UHGV virus genome: UHGV-0084588
Source of the DNA: a virus
DNA: 64,000 bases
Direction: 5' to 3' (one strand)
In this document: piece by piece, positions 18,020 to 27,125 of the stretch
How the letters are laid out: every line of letters starts with the position of its first letter
How positions within the stretch are numbered: position 1 is the first letter of the stretch
Translations under genes and position numbers: made by a program
Notes under the pieces: model-generated
Seen by the model: the letters and a program-made list of their open reading frames with translations, nothing else
Database searches by the model: none
What the model was told of the DNA's origin: nothing

Positions 18020-18862
18020 ATGGATAGCAAAAAAGTAAGTGTGGTCGTGGACGCTGAAGACGAACGTGCTGGCGGACCACTTCAAACGCTTTATTGGAAT
18101 TATAAAGAATTGATCGGATGGAAGCCTTCGGATTACAAACTCGCCGTCGCCAAACATATTCTGTCTCCAGAATTTAAAACACGTTCAAAAGCAACGATGG
18201 ACGATCGAATACAACGTATCTCCACGAAGCTGAGTTCAGGTAACATCCCTGCACTACCTGTCGATCTTACCTGGCGAGGTTTTACAGAAGGGTTGGTGAT
18301 TACCGGAGTGGAAACACTGCGGATTTGTGTAACCACTTACCGAGGACACTTCAAAACAAAAACCGTATCTGAAGTTACCACACGCGTGCGTGAAGATCTC
18401 GCTCGGGATTTGTTCGAAGATAACGACGAACGACCTAAGGAGTCTGCAACGGCGCAACTGAACCGTTATTTCCAGAACTGTGGTGAGACCGCAAAGATGA
18501 TGGTACATCCGTTATCTCGGTTAACTTGGACTATCTTCGCAAACATGAAAATGAATGCGGATTGGTGGTACCGTCTTTCCACAAACTTCGTTAACGATCC
18601 TGCTAACTGTGAGCAGACGCCGTCGAAACGAAATGATTTGCGGCACAATATGCAGCACAATCTAAGGTTAAAAAAGAAGTTTTCCTGGAAATGGTTTATG
18701 AGGGTACTCAAGGCAATTGATGTTCGTAGCTTCGAAATCCTTTTGACTTTAAGGCGTCAGAAAGACAATAAGATCTACGAAGTTCAGGTCACGGTAAACC
18801 TTGACGAATACCAAATTGGAGACCAGAATGAAAATCGACCAAATAACCAGTCAGATAAATAA
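18020..18862 (+). CDS. hypothetical protein
   Basis: ATG at 18020 preferred over the GTG at 18017; about 280 aa. Confidence 0.5.
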   Translation: MDSKKVSVVVDAEDERAGGPLQTLYWNYKELIGWKPSDYKLAVAKHILSPEFKTRSKATMDDRIQRISTKLSSGNIPALPVDLTWRGFTEGLVITGVETLRICVTTYRGHFKTKTVSEVTTRVREDLARDLFEDNDERPKESATAQLNRYFQNCGETAKMMVHPLSRLTWTIFANMKMNADWWYRLSTNFVNDPANCEQTPSKRNDLRHNMQHNLRLKKKFSWKWFMRVLKAIDVRSFEILLTLRRQKDNKIYEVQVTVNLDEYQIGDQNENRPNNQSDK

Positions 18863-20102
18863 AGGTCAGTCGGCAATCGATAATTCCGTTAATACGGCAA
18901 AGAGCGCCGCAAACCGCGTACAAACAACGGTGGAGAATGCGGAGCGTGGTATTAAGAACACGGTCGATAGCGTCAGCCGACTATCAGACCGCGCTGGTGA
19001 AACTTTCAACAAATTCATTAGCGGCGGCAACGAACTGACCAGCAAAATTGGTAACCTTTTTGGCGGTAGCGATACCGCCAGTGTTGGAGGTAGTAAGACT
19101 GCGGGGAGTTCGGCCTCCGGTGTATCGCCGGGACAAAAGGTTCCCGGTTTTGCATCTAACACCAAAGAAACGCTTCCTGTCCTCGACCCACAAAAGCGTG
19201 ACGTTTCTGAACCCTTTAAGAAAAAGGATGAAGATGGCCTAAAAGCGCTAGACTACCTAAGTCCAGGTGGGATGGGGAAGCTGTTAGGTAAAGGGTGGGA
19301 TAGTATCGGCAGCTTAACCGACTCCGTTTTATCCGGTATCGGTACTGACTTTAACTCGGTGAAAAAACGTCTCGAAGGGACGATGAACATTGCTGGGCAA
19401 CTGGCTAAACTCCCCTCGGAAGTTAGTCAAGAAGTCAACGGGTTTATGTCTGAAGTCAACAGTATGCGTTATCAAATCACCTCGATCGTTGATGACGTAC
19501 AACATACTTTCGACAGCTACAAAGACTTAGACGACTTCTTAGCCATCGATAACCTGATTAACAGCTTTAAAGGCAGCGACAGTTTCTCCACGTTAGACAT
19601 TAATACCTCTTCAGCACTGATTTATGGCCTATCTACCAAACTGAACAGTTATGGTTTACCGGCTAAAATCGAACCGATGCTTCAAGCGATTACCGACACA
19701 CAAGCAAAAGAGGTACTGTACGGCGAGTTGATGATTCAGGCGGCAGCGACAGGTAATCTGGATTCAACGGAATACTATCTGGATAAACTCCAACCAGGAC
19801 AAGGAACCCAGATCGCAACCACCGTTATCCAAAACCTCATGGCTAACCTTCGGGTTGAACCTGGTGTCAGTTTCAAAACGTATGGTACTCGCCTATTAAC
19901 GTTATTTAAAGGATTAGATGCAAAGTGGGACAAAGCGAAGAACATCACGCCGGAGATGACTGAACTTAAACTTTACACCTACGCGGGCGTAAATGCGATT
20001 CAGGCACTACTGACCACTGAGAAACGTAATTACGTGATTGCTGCAGGCAGTGTAAGTTACCAGTCTACCGACAAAATCGTGGAAGACTATTTTGCAATTT
20101 AA
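18828..20102 (+). CDS. hypothetical protein, Ser/Gly/Thr-rich N-terminal region
   Basis: ATG at 18828 after GGAG preferred over the TTG at 18801; no recognisable catalytic motif. Confidence 0.45.
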   Translation: MKIDQITSQINKGQSAIDNSVNTAKSAANRVQTTVENAERGIKNTVDSVSRLSDRAGETFNKFISGGNELTSKIGNLFGGSDTASVGGSKTAGSSASGVSPGQKVPGFASNTKETLPVLDPQKRDVSEPFKKKDEDGLKALDYLSPGGMGKLLGKGWDSIGSLTDSVLSGIGTDFNSVKKRLEGTMNIAGQLAKLPSEVSQEVNGFMSEVNSMRYQITSIVDDVQHTFDSYKDLDDFLAIDNLINSFKGSDSFSTLDINTSSALIYGLSTKLNSYGLPAKIEPMLQAITDTQAKEVLYGELMIQAAATGNLDSTEYYLDKLQPGQGTQIATTVIQNLMANLRVEPGVSFKTYGTRLLTLFKGLDAKWDKAKNITPEMTELKLYTYAGVNAIQALLTTEKRNYVIAAGSVSYQSTDKIVEDYFAI

Positions 20103-20112
20103 GAGGCCGGTT

Positions 20113-20934
20113 ATGTCCGAACCACAATTACTGCGTTCCGTATTAAAGAAGATCAAAAGTCAGAGCGAAGACAATCAAGCATTGGCTTTAACGCTGGGTT
20201 ATCAGCCTGGCCGAAATAATCCTAATACATACGTTAGCGCGTCGAACATTGTGCTTACTCCTGATGAGCGCTTTGTTTATGTCCTATACCTTCGTCGTTT
20301 AGGCTACGTTTGTGCGTTACCCGAAAAACTCCCTTTTACCGACGGTATTAACCATCTTAATCTTTACTCTAACGGTCGTACTACCGTAGGGAAAATGATC
20401 AGTAACTTCTACGCGCAACCTGACGGTGCTAAATTCGACACAATTCACGGTCAGTTTTTAACGTTGGAAGGTTACTATCATTATTTAAGGATCGTAGACT
20501 ATCTGTTCTACAAGGGTTACGGAATAAACGCGTTGGGTCGTTTGGAAACTGAATATCCAGACATTCGTTTATTACGAACCCTGACTGGGGCCGAATGTAT
20601 ACAACGCGGTCGGCGATTAAAGGCGAGTATCTACGGTGGCACGGATTATCGACCTGGCGAGTTTAGCAATTACGCGAACGGTGCATTTCAAAACGCATTA
20701 CTGCGTAAGCTCCGACTCTTGAAGTTTGACGGAAGTTGCTTAGGTAATGTGTTATCGTACTGCCATTCGATGGGACTACCGTTCTTGCATTACTACGTTA
20801 TGAACGGTCGGGTTATTACACCACCCCATTCAGAATGGCTTCCTAATCTGGTGGTTTCTATTGTAGAAAACATCGACTTTAACGACACAACGTTCGACAT
20901 TACGAGCGTCAGTGAAAGTATGGGATTAATCTAA
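20113..20934 (+). CDS. hypothetical protein
   Basis: ATG at 20113 after AAGAGG preferred over the TTG at 20092. Confidence 0.45.
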   Translation: MSEPQLLRSVLKKIKSQSEDNQALALTLGYQPGRNNPNTYVSASNIVLTPDERFVYVLYLRRLGYVCALPEKLPFTDGINHLNLYSNGRTTVGKMISNFYAQPDGAKFDTIHGQFLTLEGYYHYLRIVDYLFYKGYGINALGRLETEYPDIRLLRTLTGAECIQRGRRLKASIYGGTDYRPGEFSNYANGAFQNALLRKLRLLKFDGSCLGNVLSYCHSMGLPFLHYYVMNGRVITPPHSEWLPNLVVSIVENIDFNDTTFDITSVSESMGLI

Positions 20935-21593
20935 TGGGATTATTCGATACCCTTGCGCAATTGGAAAAAGCGCAGGAAGAAGAGGTTATTCGCGTTGCAG
21001 GCGAATCCATTAAACGTGAAGTGGAAAAGGAATATTGCGTTTGGGTAAAACCCACGCAAGCGGGATGGGATTGGCTACACGCACAGTCCACTAAGATGTT
21101 CATGGACATTCTCATGCCGATAGAAGGTGGGCGTCGTCGTATCCGTATTAAAGAAGAAGGTACAGCACAGCTAACGCTTAAGCGTAAATTCCTGGACGGA
21201 AAGGTTGAAGAGAATTCGGATATCGGTATTAGTTCTGCACTCTCTTTTTACAAGGACGGTTATTTGGCTCACCTGGTGAAACGTATCCACTTAGAACCTG
21301 GCGAATTAGCCGATAAAGGCGCTAAGCATTGGGATATTGATATTTTCACTATCACCACCGGTCACCCTGCAATTGAAGTTTCGGCTGACTTTAACGATCT
21401 CCTCACCGAGATGCGTAGTAGTACCAGCGTCGGTGACTGGGTGAAAGTTGAACTGGAAGTCGAGCGTTACGAGATTGCGGATGTGCTGTCTGTAATTCCG
21501 TTTGAGTTTGACGGCCACATTCCGGCTACACCGAAAGATCCTGAAGATCAAGAATATCTTCGCGATTACTGGGATTCAGTTACCCGTATGTAA
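20934..21593 (+). CDS. hypothetical protein
   Basis: 219-aa ORF with TAATG stop-start overlap. Confidence 0.5.
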   Translation: MGLFDTLAQLEKAQEEEVIRVAGESIKREVEKEYCVWVKPTQAGWDWLHAQSTKMFMDILMPIEGGRRRIRIKEEGTAQLTLKRKFLDGKVEENSDIGISSALSFYKDGYLAHLVKRIHLEPGELADKGAKHWDIDIFTITTGHPAIEVSADFNDLLTEMRSSTSVGDWVKVELEVERYEIADVLSVIPFEFDGHIPATPKDPEDQEYLRDYWDSVTRM

Positions 21594-21597
21594 TACC

Positions 21598-21637
21598 TAC
21601 CCTACTCCTAGACAGGAGTAGGGTATTTTCATTTTTT
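21598..21637 (+). terminator. intrinsic terminator
   Basis: TACCCTACTCC-tagaca-GGAGTAGGGTA hairpin followed by TTTTCATTTTTT. Confidence 0.6.
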
Positions 21638-21657
21638 ACCCTAAAGGAGAAATTACC

Positions 21658-22011
21658 ATGCAAGCTCAGTTTTTTAATACACCCAACGGATTCGGTTTTA
21701 GATTCCCTGAATCTGTTATTGAAGTACCCCTCACACGCGGGGTGCTATTAAAACTACGCACCGTTCTTGCCAGCTTCTCAGGAAAGACTGTGGATATTCG
21801 CGTATGGTCAGGCTCGGGAAGTCCTGGTGGTGTTTTGTTTGTCGATTACAATTGGATTAAAAGAACAGGTTTTCCGCTTGTACGAAAAGTTGAAGCTGTA
21901 CACGGATTATCCTTCCACAGTCTACTAGGGGATTTATCGTTTCCTGAAACCGGCGATTATTCTTCTCCTGCGGATGACGAATACCAAATTCATCTTGTTT
22001 TGTTGAAATGA
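21658..22011 (+). CDS. hypothetical protein
   Basis: 117-aa ORF; RBS AAAGGAGAAATTACCATG. Confidence 0.45.
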   Translation: MQAQFFNTPNGFGFRFPESVIEVPLTRGVLLKLRTVLASFSGKTVDIRVWSGSGSPGGVLFVDYNWIKRTGFPLVRKVEAVHGLSFHSLLGDLSFPETGDYSSPADDEYQIHLVLLK

Positions 22012-22071
22012 TTTTTACAGTTGGGAACAGACTTATGTCTCCCAAGACAGCGTTTAAGCGGAGAAACAATT

Positions 22072-22647
22072 ATGCGTGGATATATTCTCGATCTTGCAAT
22101 TTCTGTAGAAGAACTTGTGGAAAAACTCGGCGGTACCGGTCGCGGACTTCATGAGAAGACCAAAAGCATAGCCTATCTTCTCGAACCAAAATACGAACGG
22201 AAACTCCACATGATTGCTTCCGTTCGCAACAAAGCCTCTCACAGGAGAATTCTTCCCGATCGCATAGACGTCTATGAACAAGCTGTGGAAGAAACGAGGC
22301 TCTATTTAGAAGAGCTGATCAGAAAAATTGAAGAACGGAAACGTCGATATGAAGCGGAAATAAATTCGGCGGAAATAAATACTCGCTATCTAACACGTGA
22401 AGAGGCGTGGAGAAGACTAGCAGACGAGATCAGACGCCATGATAATGATGTGGCGCGTATGGAGGAGTATGCCAGGACAACGGGTATAGACCCGGCTACT
22501 ACGAAAGAGAAGAAGAATACAGGCCCGTCTACTACGGAAGAGAAGAAATGGTCTGATTTGACTGTAGTAGAAAAGATAGGTTGGGGTGCCGGTATTGCAA
22601 TCATGGGAGCTGCGGTTGCGTACCTTAAAATAAAGTCTCGTGACTAA
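22072..22647 (+). CDS. hypothetical protein with a C-terminal membrane anchor
   Basis: ATG at 22072 after GGAGAAACAATT preferred over the TTG at 22021; C-terminal hydrophobic segment IGWGAGIAIMGAAVAYL. Confidence 0.4.
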   Translation: MRGYILDLAISVEELVEKLGGTGRGLHEKTKSIAYLLEPKYERKLHMIASVRNKASHRRILPDRIDVYEQAVEETRLYLEELIRKIEERKRRYEAEINSAEINTRYLTREEAWRRLADEIRRHDNDVARMEEYARTTGIDPATTKEKKNTGPSTTEEKKWSDLTVVEKIGWGAGIAIMGAAVAYLKIKSRD

Positions 22648-22661
22648 ATCGGGTATCGGAA

Positions 22662-23207
22662 ATGAAACAAATACAGTTAACTGATCACGTTAATGCGTTT
22701 AAACACTTTCTGGATAACGCGGGTATAAAACCCGGCGAACAGACAGACGCATGGACTGCACGTGTTTATGGAAGTATTGGCAAAGTCTGTGAATCCACGA
22801 CAACACACGACGGGTTGTTTGTTGCTAAAGCAGTGGGCATCGCCTTGTGGGATATTGCTGCTCTAGTTTACGTGATGAATAACGGGGATTTACGTCCCCT
22901 TGAAAAATCGCTACACCGACTACTAGCCATTAAGAAATGGAAAAACGAACATCCTGAGTCAATCGCGGTTACGTTGATGCCAGAAGCGGTACTTGCTATC
23001 AAAGCGGTACGAAGTTGTACCGCTCGCGCACAAATGGAGCGGCGTCTACATCTCGCGACGCTCTTTTATCAATTGGCCAGAATTGTAAAGATGAACGGCC
23101 TAATCTTCGACCGGGTTCTACAGAACGGACGTATAAGTTGGACAGAAGAACTAAGTAGTTCTCCGTTCTATACAAAACTAAAACTTAAAGACATTTTGAA
23201 GGGTTAA
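22662..23207 (+). CDS. hypothetical protein
   Basis: 181-aa ORF. Confidence 0.45.
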   Translation: MKQIQLTDHVNAFKHFLDNAGIKPGEQTDAWTARVYGSIGKVCESTTTHDGLFVAKAVGIALWDIAALVYVMNNGDLRPLEKSLHRLLAIKKWKNEHPESIAVTLMPEAVLAIKAVRSCTARAQMERRLHLATLFYQLARIVKMNGLIFDRVLQNGRISWTEELSSSPFYTKLKLKDILKG

Positions 23208-23208
23208 C

Positions 23209-23517
23209 ATGGAAAACTATTCGGGTTGGGCAATTTCGCAGTGCATTGGCTATTCTTTACGTTCTTTAGTGCGTACACTTTATAACAAAAACTCAGGCGA
23301 AACTATTACACCACAGCTACTGGGCAAATTGGAAGTTGAAGTTAACCACAAATTAAAACAGTTACTCGACAGCCACGTAAGAACAATGCGTTGGGAGTTC
23401 TTGCTACGCGGTAAGAAGCCAACAATTACCGTTGTAGCAGAAGGCAGTGAAATCGTACTGCAGTCCAACGCAGACCTATTTGAAATTTTAACTGAACTCG
23501 AAAAGGACAAAATCTGA
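23209..23517 (+). CDS. hypothetical protein
   Basis: 102-aa ORF immediately upstream of thyA, with an ATGA overlap. Confidence 0.45.
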   Translation: MENYSGWAISQCIGYSLRSLVRTLYNKNSGETITPQLLGKLEVEVNHKLKQLLDSHVRTMRWEFLLRGKKPTITVVAEGSEIVLQSNADLFEILTELEKDKI

Positions 23518-24551
23518 TGAAACAGTATTTAGCGTTAATGCAAGACATTCTGGATAACGGTGTTGTTAAGAAAGACCGCACAGGTGTAGGGACACTTTCT
23601 GTATTCGGCCGTCAACTACGTTTTGACCTGAAAGAAGGTTTCCCATTAGTCACTACGAAAAAGGTTCACCTGAAAAGTATCATTCATGAACTGTTGTGGT
23701 TCTTAAACGGTGACACTAACGTGAAGTACCTGCAAGAGAACGGGGTAAAAATCTGGAATGCATGGAGTGATGAAGAGGGGAACTTAGGGCCAGTTTATGG
23801 TAAACAATGGCGCGAATGGCGCGACTGTAAAGTTGTGGAGTGCCATGACGTAAGACGTACACAACAACTGATGCAGCGGGGTTACAAGTATATTGGGAAT
23901 ATGAAGGAAGATGGTACGACGTATTTGGTTTATGAAAAACCACATGACCAGATCAGCAAAGTTATCCAACAACTTCGTGAAGACCCTGACTCCCGCCGTA
24001 TTATCGTTAGCGCCTGGAATGTAGGTGACCTGGACGATATGGCACTTAATCCATGCCACAACTATTTCCAATTCTACACAACAGAAATGACGTTGCTTGA
24101 ACGACTGGATTGGTACGAAGCAAATGAACCGGAAAAATTTGCGAACGCGCCACTTATTAATCACGAAGATATTGATGATGAAGAACGACTTCATGAAACT
24201 TTAGATCGTGAAGGTATCCCTCGTCGTAAGCTTTCATGTTTTTACATGATGCGCAGCAACGATGTCGCATTAGGAAAACCGTTCAACATCGCGTCATACG
24301 CTCTGTTAACTCATATGGTTGCCCAACAAGTGAATATGGTTCCCGATGAGTTAGTTTATAGTGGGGTCGATGTGCATTTATATCTGAACCACATCGATCA
24401 AATAAAACTCCAGTTGACTCGTGAGCCGTACCCGTTACCTAAATTGGTTATTAAACGTAAACCCGAATCTATCTTCGACTACAAATACGAGGACTTTGAA
24501 GTAGTCGGTTACCAATCACACCCACACATCGCCATGCCTGTCGCGGTGTAA
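23517..24551 (+). CDS. thyA: thymidylate synthase (ThyA type) with two insertions
   Basis: Long stretches match E. coli ThyA ([59 protein letters not shown], catalytic [22 protein letters not shown]); 344 aa versus about 264 because of two inserted segments. Confidence 0.9.
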   Translation: MKQYLALMQDILDNGVVKKDRTGVGTLSVFGRQLRFDLKEGFPLVTTKKVHLKSIIHELLWFLNGDTNVKYLQENGVKIWNAWSDEEGNLGPVYGKQWREWRDCKVVECHDVRRTQQLMQRGYKYIGNMKEDGTTYLVYEKPHDQISKVIQQLREDPDSRRIIVSAWNVGDLDDMALNPCHNYFQFYTTEMTLLERLDWYEANEPEKFANAPLINHEDIDDEERLHETLDREGIPRRKLSCFYMMRSNDVALGKPFNIASYALLTHMVAQQVNMVPDELVYSGVDVHLYLNHIDQIKLQLTREPYPLPKLVIKRKPESIFDYKYEDFEVVGYQSHPHIAMPVAV

Positions 24552-24580
24552 ACTACCACTTAACTAAAAGGAATGATAAA

Positions 24581-25027
24581 ATGTCTAAAACTCATGTTGA
24601 CTATAACATCGTAGTAGAAGAATTATCAAAAGGTTTAACCGATCTGGATTCTAAAGATAATCCGTTTACTGATCGTTATGGTCCCAATGCCTTATCTGAA
24701 TTTCGTACTATCCGCTACGGTACAGGCAGGCAGACAGGACTTACAGACTTCGGTGTCGAGTTAGCTAAGAACCATAAAGGGAAGGTGTTATTCGTTAACC
24801 CAAAAGGGTTCTTAGAGGACGATGTGCTATTCCGTTTGGGTCTCGAAGACTTGCCTGAGAATATCACGCAAATCATTGGTTATCAGATGGGTACAGAAAA
24901 AGAAAAATACAGTCTTGTCATTGTAGACGACGCTGGGGTTTTCTTTAGCATGTTCCGTTACATGAAGTTTTTCCGCTTACTAGCAAACTCAGTAACTAAA
25001 GACGTCGTAATACATTTAATGGGTTAG
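24581..25027 (+). CDS. hypothetical protein
   Basis: 148-aa ORF; RBS AAAGGAATGATAAAATG. Confidence 0.5.
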   Translation: MSKTHVDYNIVVEELSKGLTDLDSKDNPFTDRYGPNALSEFRTIRYGTGRQTGLTDFGVELAKNHKGKVLFVNPKGFLEDDVLFRLGLEDLPENITQIIGYQMGTEKEKYSLVIVDDAGVFFSMFRYMKFFRLLANSVTKDVVIHLMG

Positions 25028-25046
25028 TTGGCGATAAGGAAAAATT

Positions 25047-25220
25047 ATGTTGGGCGATGTTCTTAATTTCACAATATCGTATTTCGAGCCGAAGAAGTTC
25101 CGTACTTTTAACACACGTTATTGTAAAGGGCCGAAAAAAGGGCGTAAACGTTTCCAAGTAATCCAACTTGATTATTCCAAGTTCCTTGAAGCTAACCCAT
25201 TCGAGAAGGAGGAACAATGA
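25047..25220 (+). CDS. small basic hypothetical protein (57 aa)
   Basis: Below the ORF-track cutoff; RBS AAGGAAAAATTATG; stop overlaps the next start (ATGA). Confidence 0.3.
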   Translation: MLGDVLNFTISYFEPKKFRTFNTRYCKGPKKGRKRFQVIQLDYSKFLEANPFEKEEQ

Positions 25221-25399
25221 AGAAGCCATATTTTCATAACCTCAGATTCTTTACAGGTACTCTATATTTTATTGGCTACAACCGCGTACGTAAGGGACCT
25301 GGTAAATCGAAAGTACGCACTGTGCAGTATAAAAAGGCAATGACAGCGTCAGTTCCATTACGGATGGGCCTGCTTCTGTCTCACATCCGCCATCGTTAA
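25217..25399 (+). CDS. small basic hypothetical protein (60 aa)
   Basis: RBS GAAGGAGGAACAATG; translationally coupled to the previous small ORF. Confidence 0.3.
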   Translation: MKKPYFHNLRFFTGTLYFIGYNRVRKGPGKSKVRTVQYKKAMTASVPLRMGLLLSHIRHR

Positions 25400-25441
25400 A
25401 TCAAAACTGCTAACACCTTTGTAAGAAATTTGGGAACTAAA

Positions 25442-25585
25442 ATGACTGAAGAAGTTAAAGTAGAAACCGTTAAAGAAACTGATGAATTTGCAATCCCTGG
25501 CTTAGACCCGGAAGCGACCGTAGAGAAGGGAGCCGACCCGACCACGGAAGACGATAACTGCTCAGGCGGGGCTTGCAAAATTTAA
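25442..25585 (+). CDS. small acidic peptide (47 aa) ending in CSGGACKI
   Basis: Below the ORF-track cutoff; followed immediately by a strong terminator; weak RBS. Confidence 0.25.
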   Translation: MTEEVKVETVKETDEFAIPGLDPEATVEKGADPTTEDDNCSGGACKI

Positions 25586-25593
25586 CAGTTCCT

Positions 25594-25633
25594 GGGGTGC
25601 TTATGTAGCACCCCTAATCCTTATTCTTTTTTT
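25594..25633 (+). terminator. intrinsic terminator
   Basis: GGGGTGC-ttatgta-GCACCCC hairpin followed by a T-rich tract. Confidence 0.55.
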
Positions 25634-25655
25634 GTTTAAACTAATGGAGTTTAAA

Positions 25656-26489
25656 ATGGGCGAACGTTTTGACATCAACACTATTTACAACATCGTAGTT
25701 AATCCTGGTCAGCACCTGGAAGAAGTTAACGCGCAACTGCGCGCTCTGAATGAGAATTCAGTACAGTTCGACGCTATTTACACAATTGGTGTAAACCCTA
25801 GTACCAACCGTATTCGTGTAGAAGGTAAACGCCACACCGGTAATCAAGAACTGGATATTGAAACGATTGTAGCGCCTATTAAGCTTACCGATGCCGTTTA
25901 TAACGGTACGGTAATGCATACAGAATCTGTTCTAGTTTGCACGATCGCAAAATGTGTAAAACTCGTTAAAGGTTGGTCTAAAGAACGTGGTATCCTTGAC
26001 AACGGTAAAGTGGAAACACAAATCACGAAGTTCTTTGAAGAGTTTGGTGAAATCGCAACAGGTATCAGTAAAAACAAACCTGAACTGATCATGGATGGTA
26101 TTGGTGATGCGTTGGTGGTTCTGGTAAACATCATCGAATTAGGGGATGCGTATTCTGGTCACCTTACAGTGGCAGAAGACTGCATCGAGTCTGGTCTACG
26201 CTTAAACGTGGAAGATGTAGCTGAAGTTGAAGAAAATTTAAACAACGCTGGATACCCACATCAACAATACCTTCGCGCTATTGAAAGTTTTGCCACAACC
26301 TTTATGGAAGGTAAAGATCATGGTTTCGATTTCGTTAGCCTGGGTTTAGCCCATCTTGCTCGTATCGCCTTGTATTATAAACTGGATATTCGTCATTGCT
26401 TCTCTTTAGCCTGGCATGAAATCAAAGACCGTAAAGGCTATCTGAACGCCGACGGCATCTTTGTAAAAGAAGCAGACTTGGCGAAATAA
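25656..26489 (+). CDS. possible MazG-like nucleotide pyrophosphohydrolase
   Basis: ATG at 25656 after GGAG preferred over 25632; segment FFEEFGEIATG...LIMDGIGDALVVLVNIIELGD resembles the EExGE...D metal-binding pattern of MazG-type enzymes. Confidence 0.4.
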   Translation: MGERFDINTIYNIVVNPGQHLEEVNAQLRALNENSVQFDAIYTIGVNPSTNRIRVEGKRHTGNQELDIETIVAPIKLTDAVYNGTVMHTESVLVCTIAKCVKLVKGWSKERGILDNGKVETQITKFFEEFGEIATGISKNKPELIMDGIGDALVVLVNIIELGDAYSGHLTVAEDCIESGLRLNVEDVAEVEENLNNAGYPHQQYLRAIESFATTFMEGKDHGFDFVSLGLAHLARIALYYKLDIRHCFSLAWHEIKDRKGYLNADGIFVKEADLAK

Positions 26490-26498
26490 ACAAAAGCA

Positions 26499-26548
26499 CC
26501 TACCTCCGAAAGGAGGTAGGTTAACTTTCTTATTTTTTTCTTTTTTTA
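26499..26548. terminator. bidirectional intrinsic terminator between convergent genes
   Basis: CCTACCTCC-gaaa-GGAGGTAGG hairpin followed by a long T-tract. Confidence 0.6.
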
Positions 26549-27109
26549 AGCGCCTGGAACAATCCCAGAAGAGATATACGTTAAACCGTCAAGTTCGGTG
26601 ACTTTAATCAACTTCGAAATATCCTTACCGTCGGACGGCAGCTCTGTTAAGTACACCTCCAGCCGACCTGTCCACGCCAAAGATCTCCCATTCATGATAA
26701 TGATGGTTTTATCTCTGCTGTCCGGTGCAGCTGTTGGGTTCTCAACTTCGTCGTCGGTAATCTGTAAATTGTACTTGGTGCGAAAAAGCTGTAGTACCTC
26801 AGATACCGTAGCCGCACTAACACCCGCAACAGAAACTACAAAGTCACCTAAGAGGTGCTCTAGATCCAATCGACGATAAATAACATCGATTTTACCAAAC
26901 GTTTTCTGTTCAATAATTCCCTGGACGCTAAGTTGGGTATTTAATCGCGTAAATTGAGTTTCTGGTGTTTCTACCGCAGGAATATGTGACGGTGTGCCAA
27001 AATTCAACTTATCGATTGTAATACCTTTCTCTACCAAACCAGGATTCTTTTTTACTAATAACTCATAAACCAGTTGTTTTCCTGATTTACCTAATAGCGT
27101 ATTAGCCAT
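26546..27109 (-). CDS. hypothetical protein, co-oriented with the giant virion gene
   Basis: 187-aa ORF; last gene of the minus-strand block. Confidence 0.5.
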   Translation of the reverse strand: MANTLLGKSGKQLVYELLVKKNPGLVEKGITIDKLNFGTPSHIPAVETPETQFTRLNTQLSVQGIIEQKTFGKIDVIYRRLDLEHLLGDFVVSVAGVSAATVSEVLQLFRTKYNLQITDDEVENPTAAPDSRDKTIIIMNGRSLAWTGRLEVYLTELPSDGKDISKLIKVTELDGLTYISSGIVPGA

Positions 27110-27125
27110 TATTTCCTCTCAAACA

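Noticed and set aside
18801-22071. TTG or GTG starts given by the ORF track at 18801, 20092 and 22021 (and similarly 4821, 49591, 25632)
   Set aside because: Each has a nearby in-frame ATG preceded by a GGAG-type ribosome-binding site, taken as the more likely start; the track starts cannot be excluded without proteomic data.
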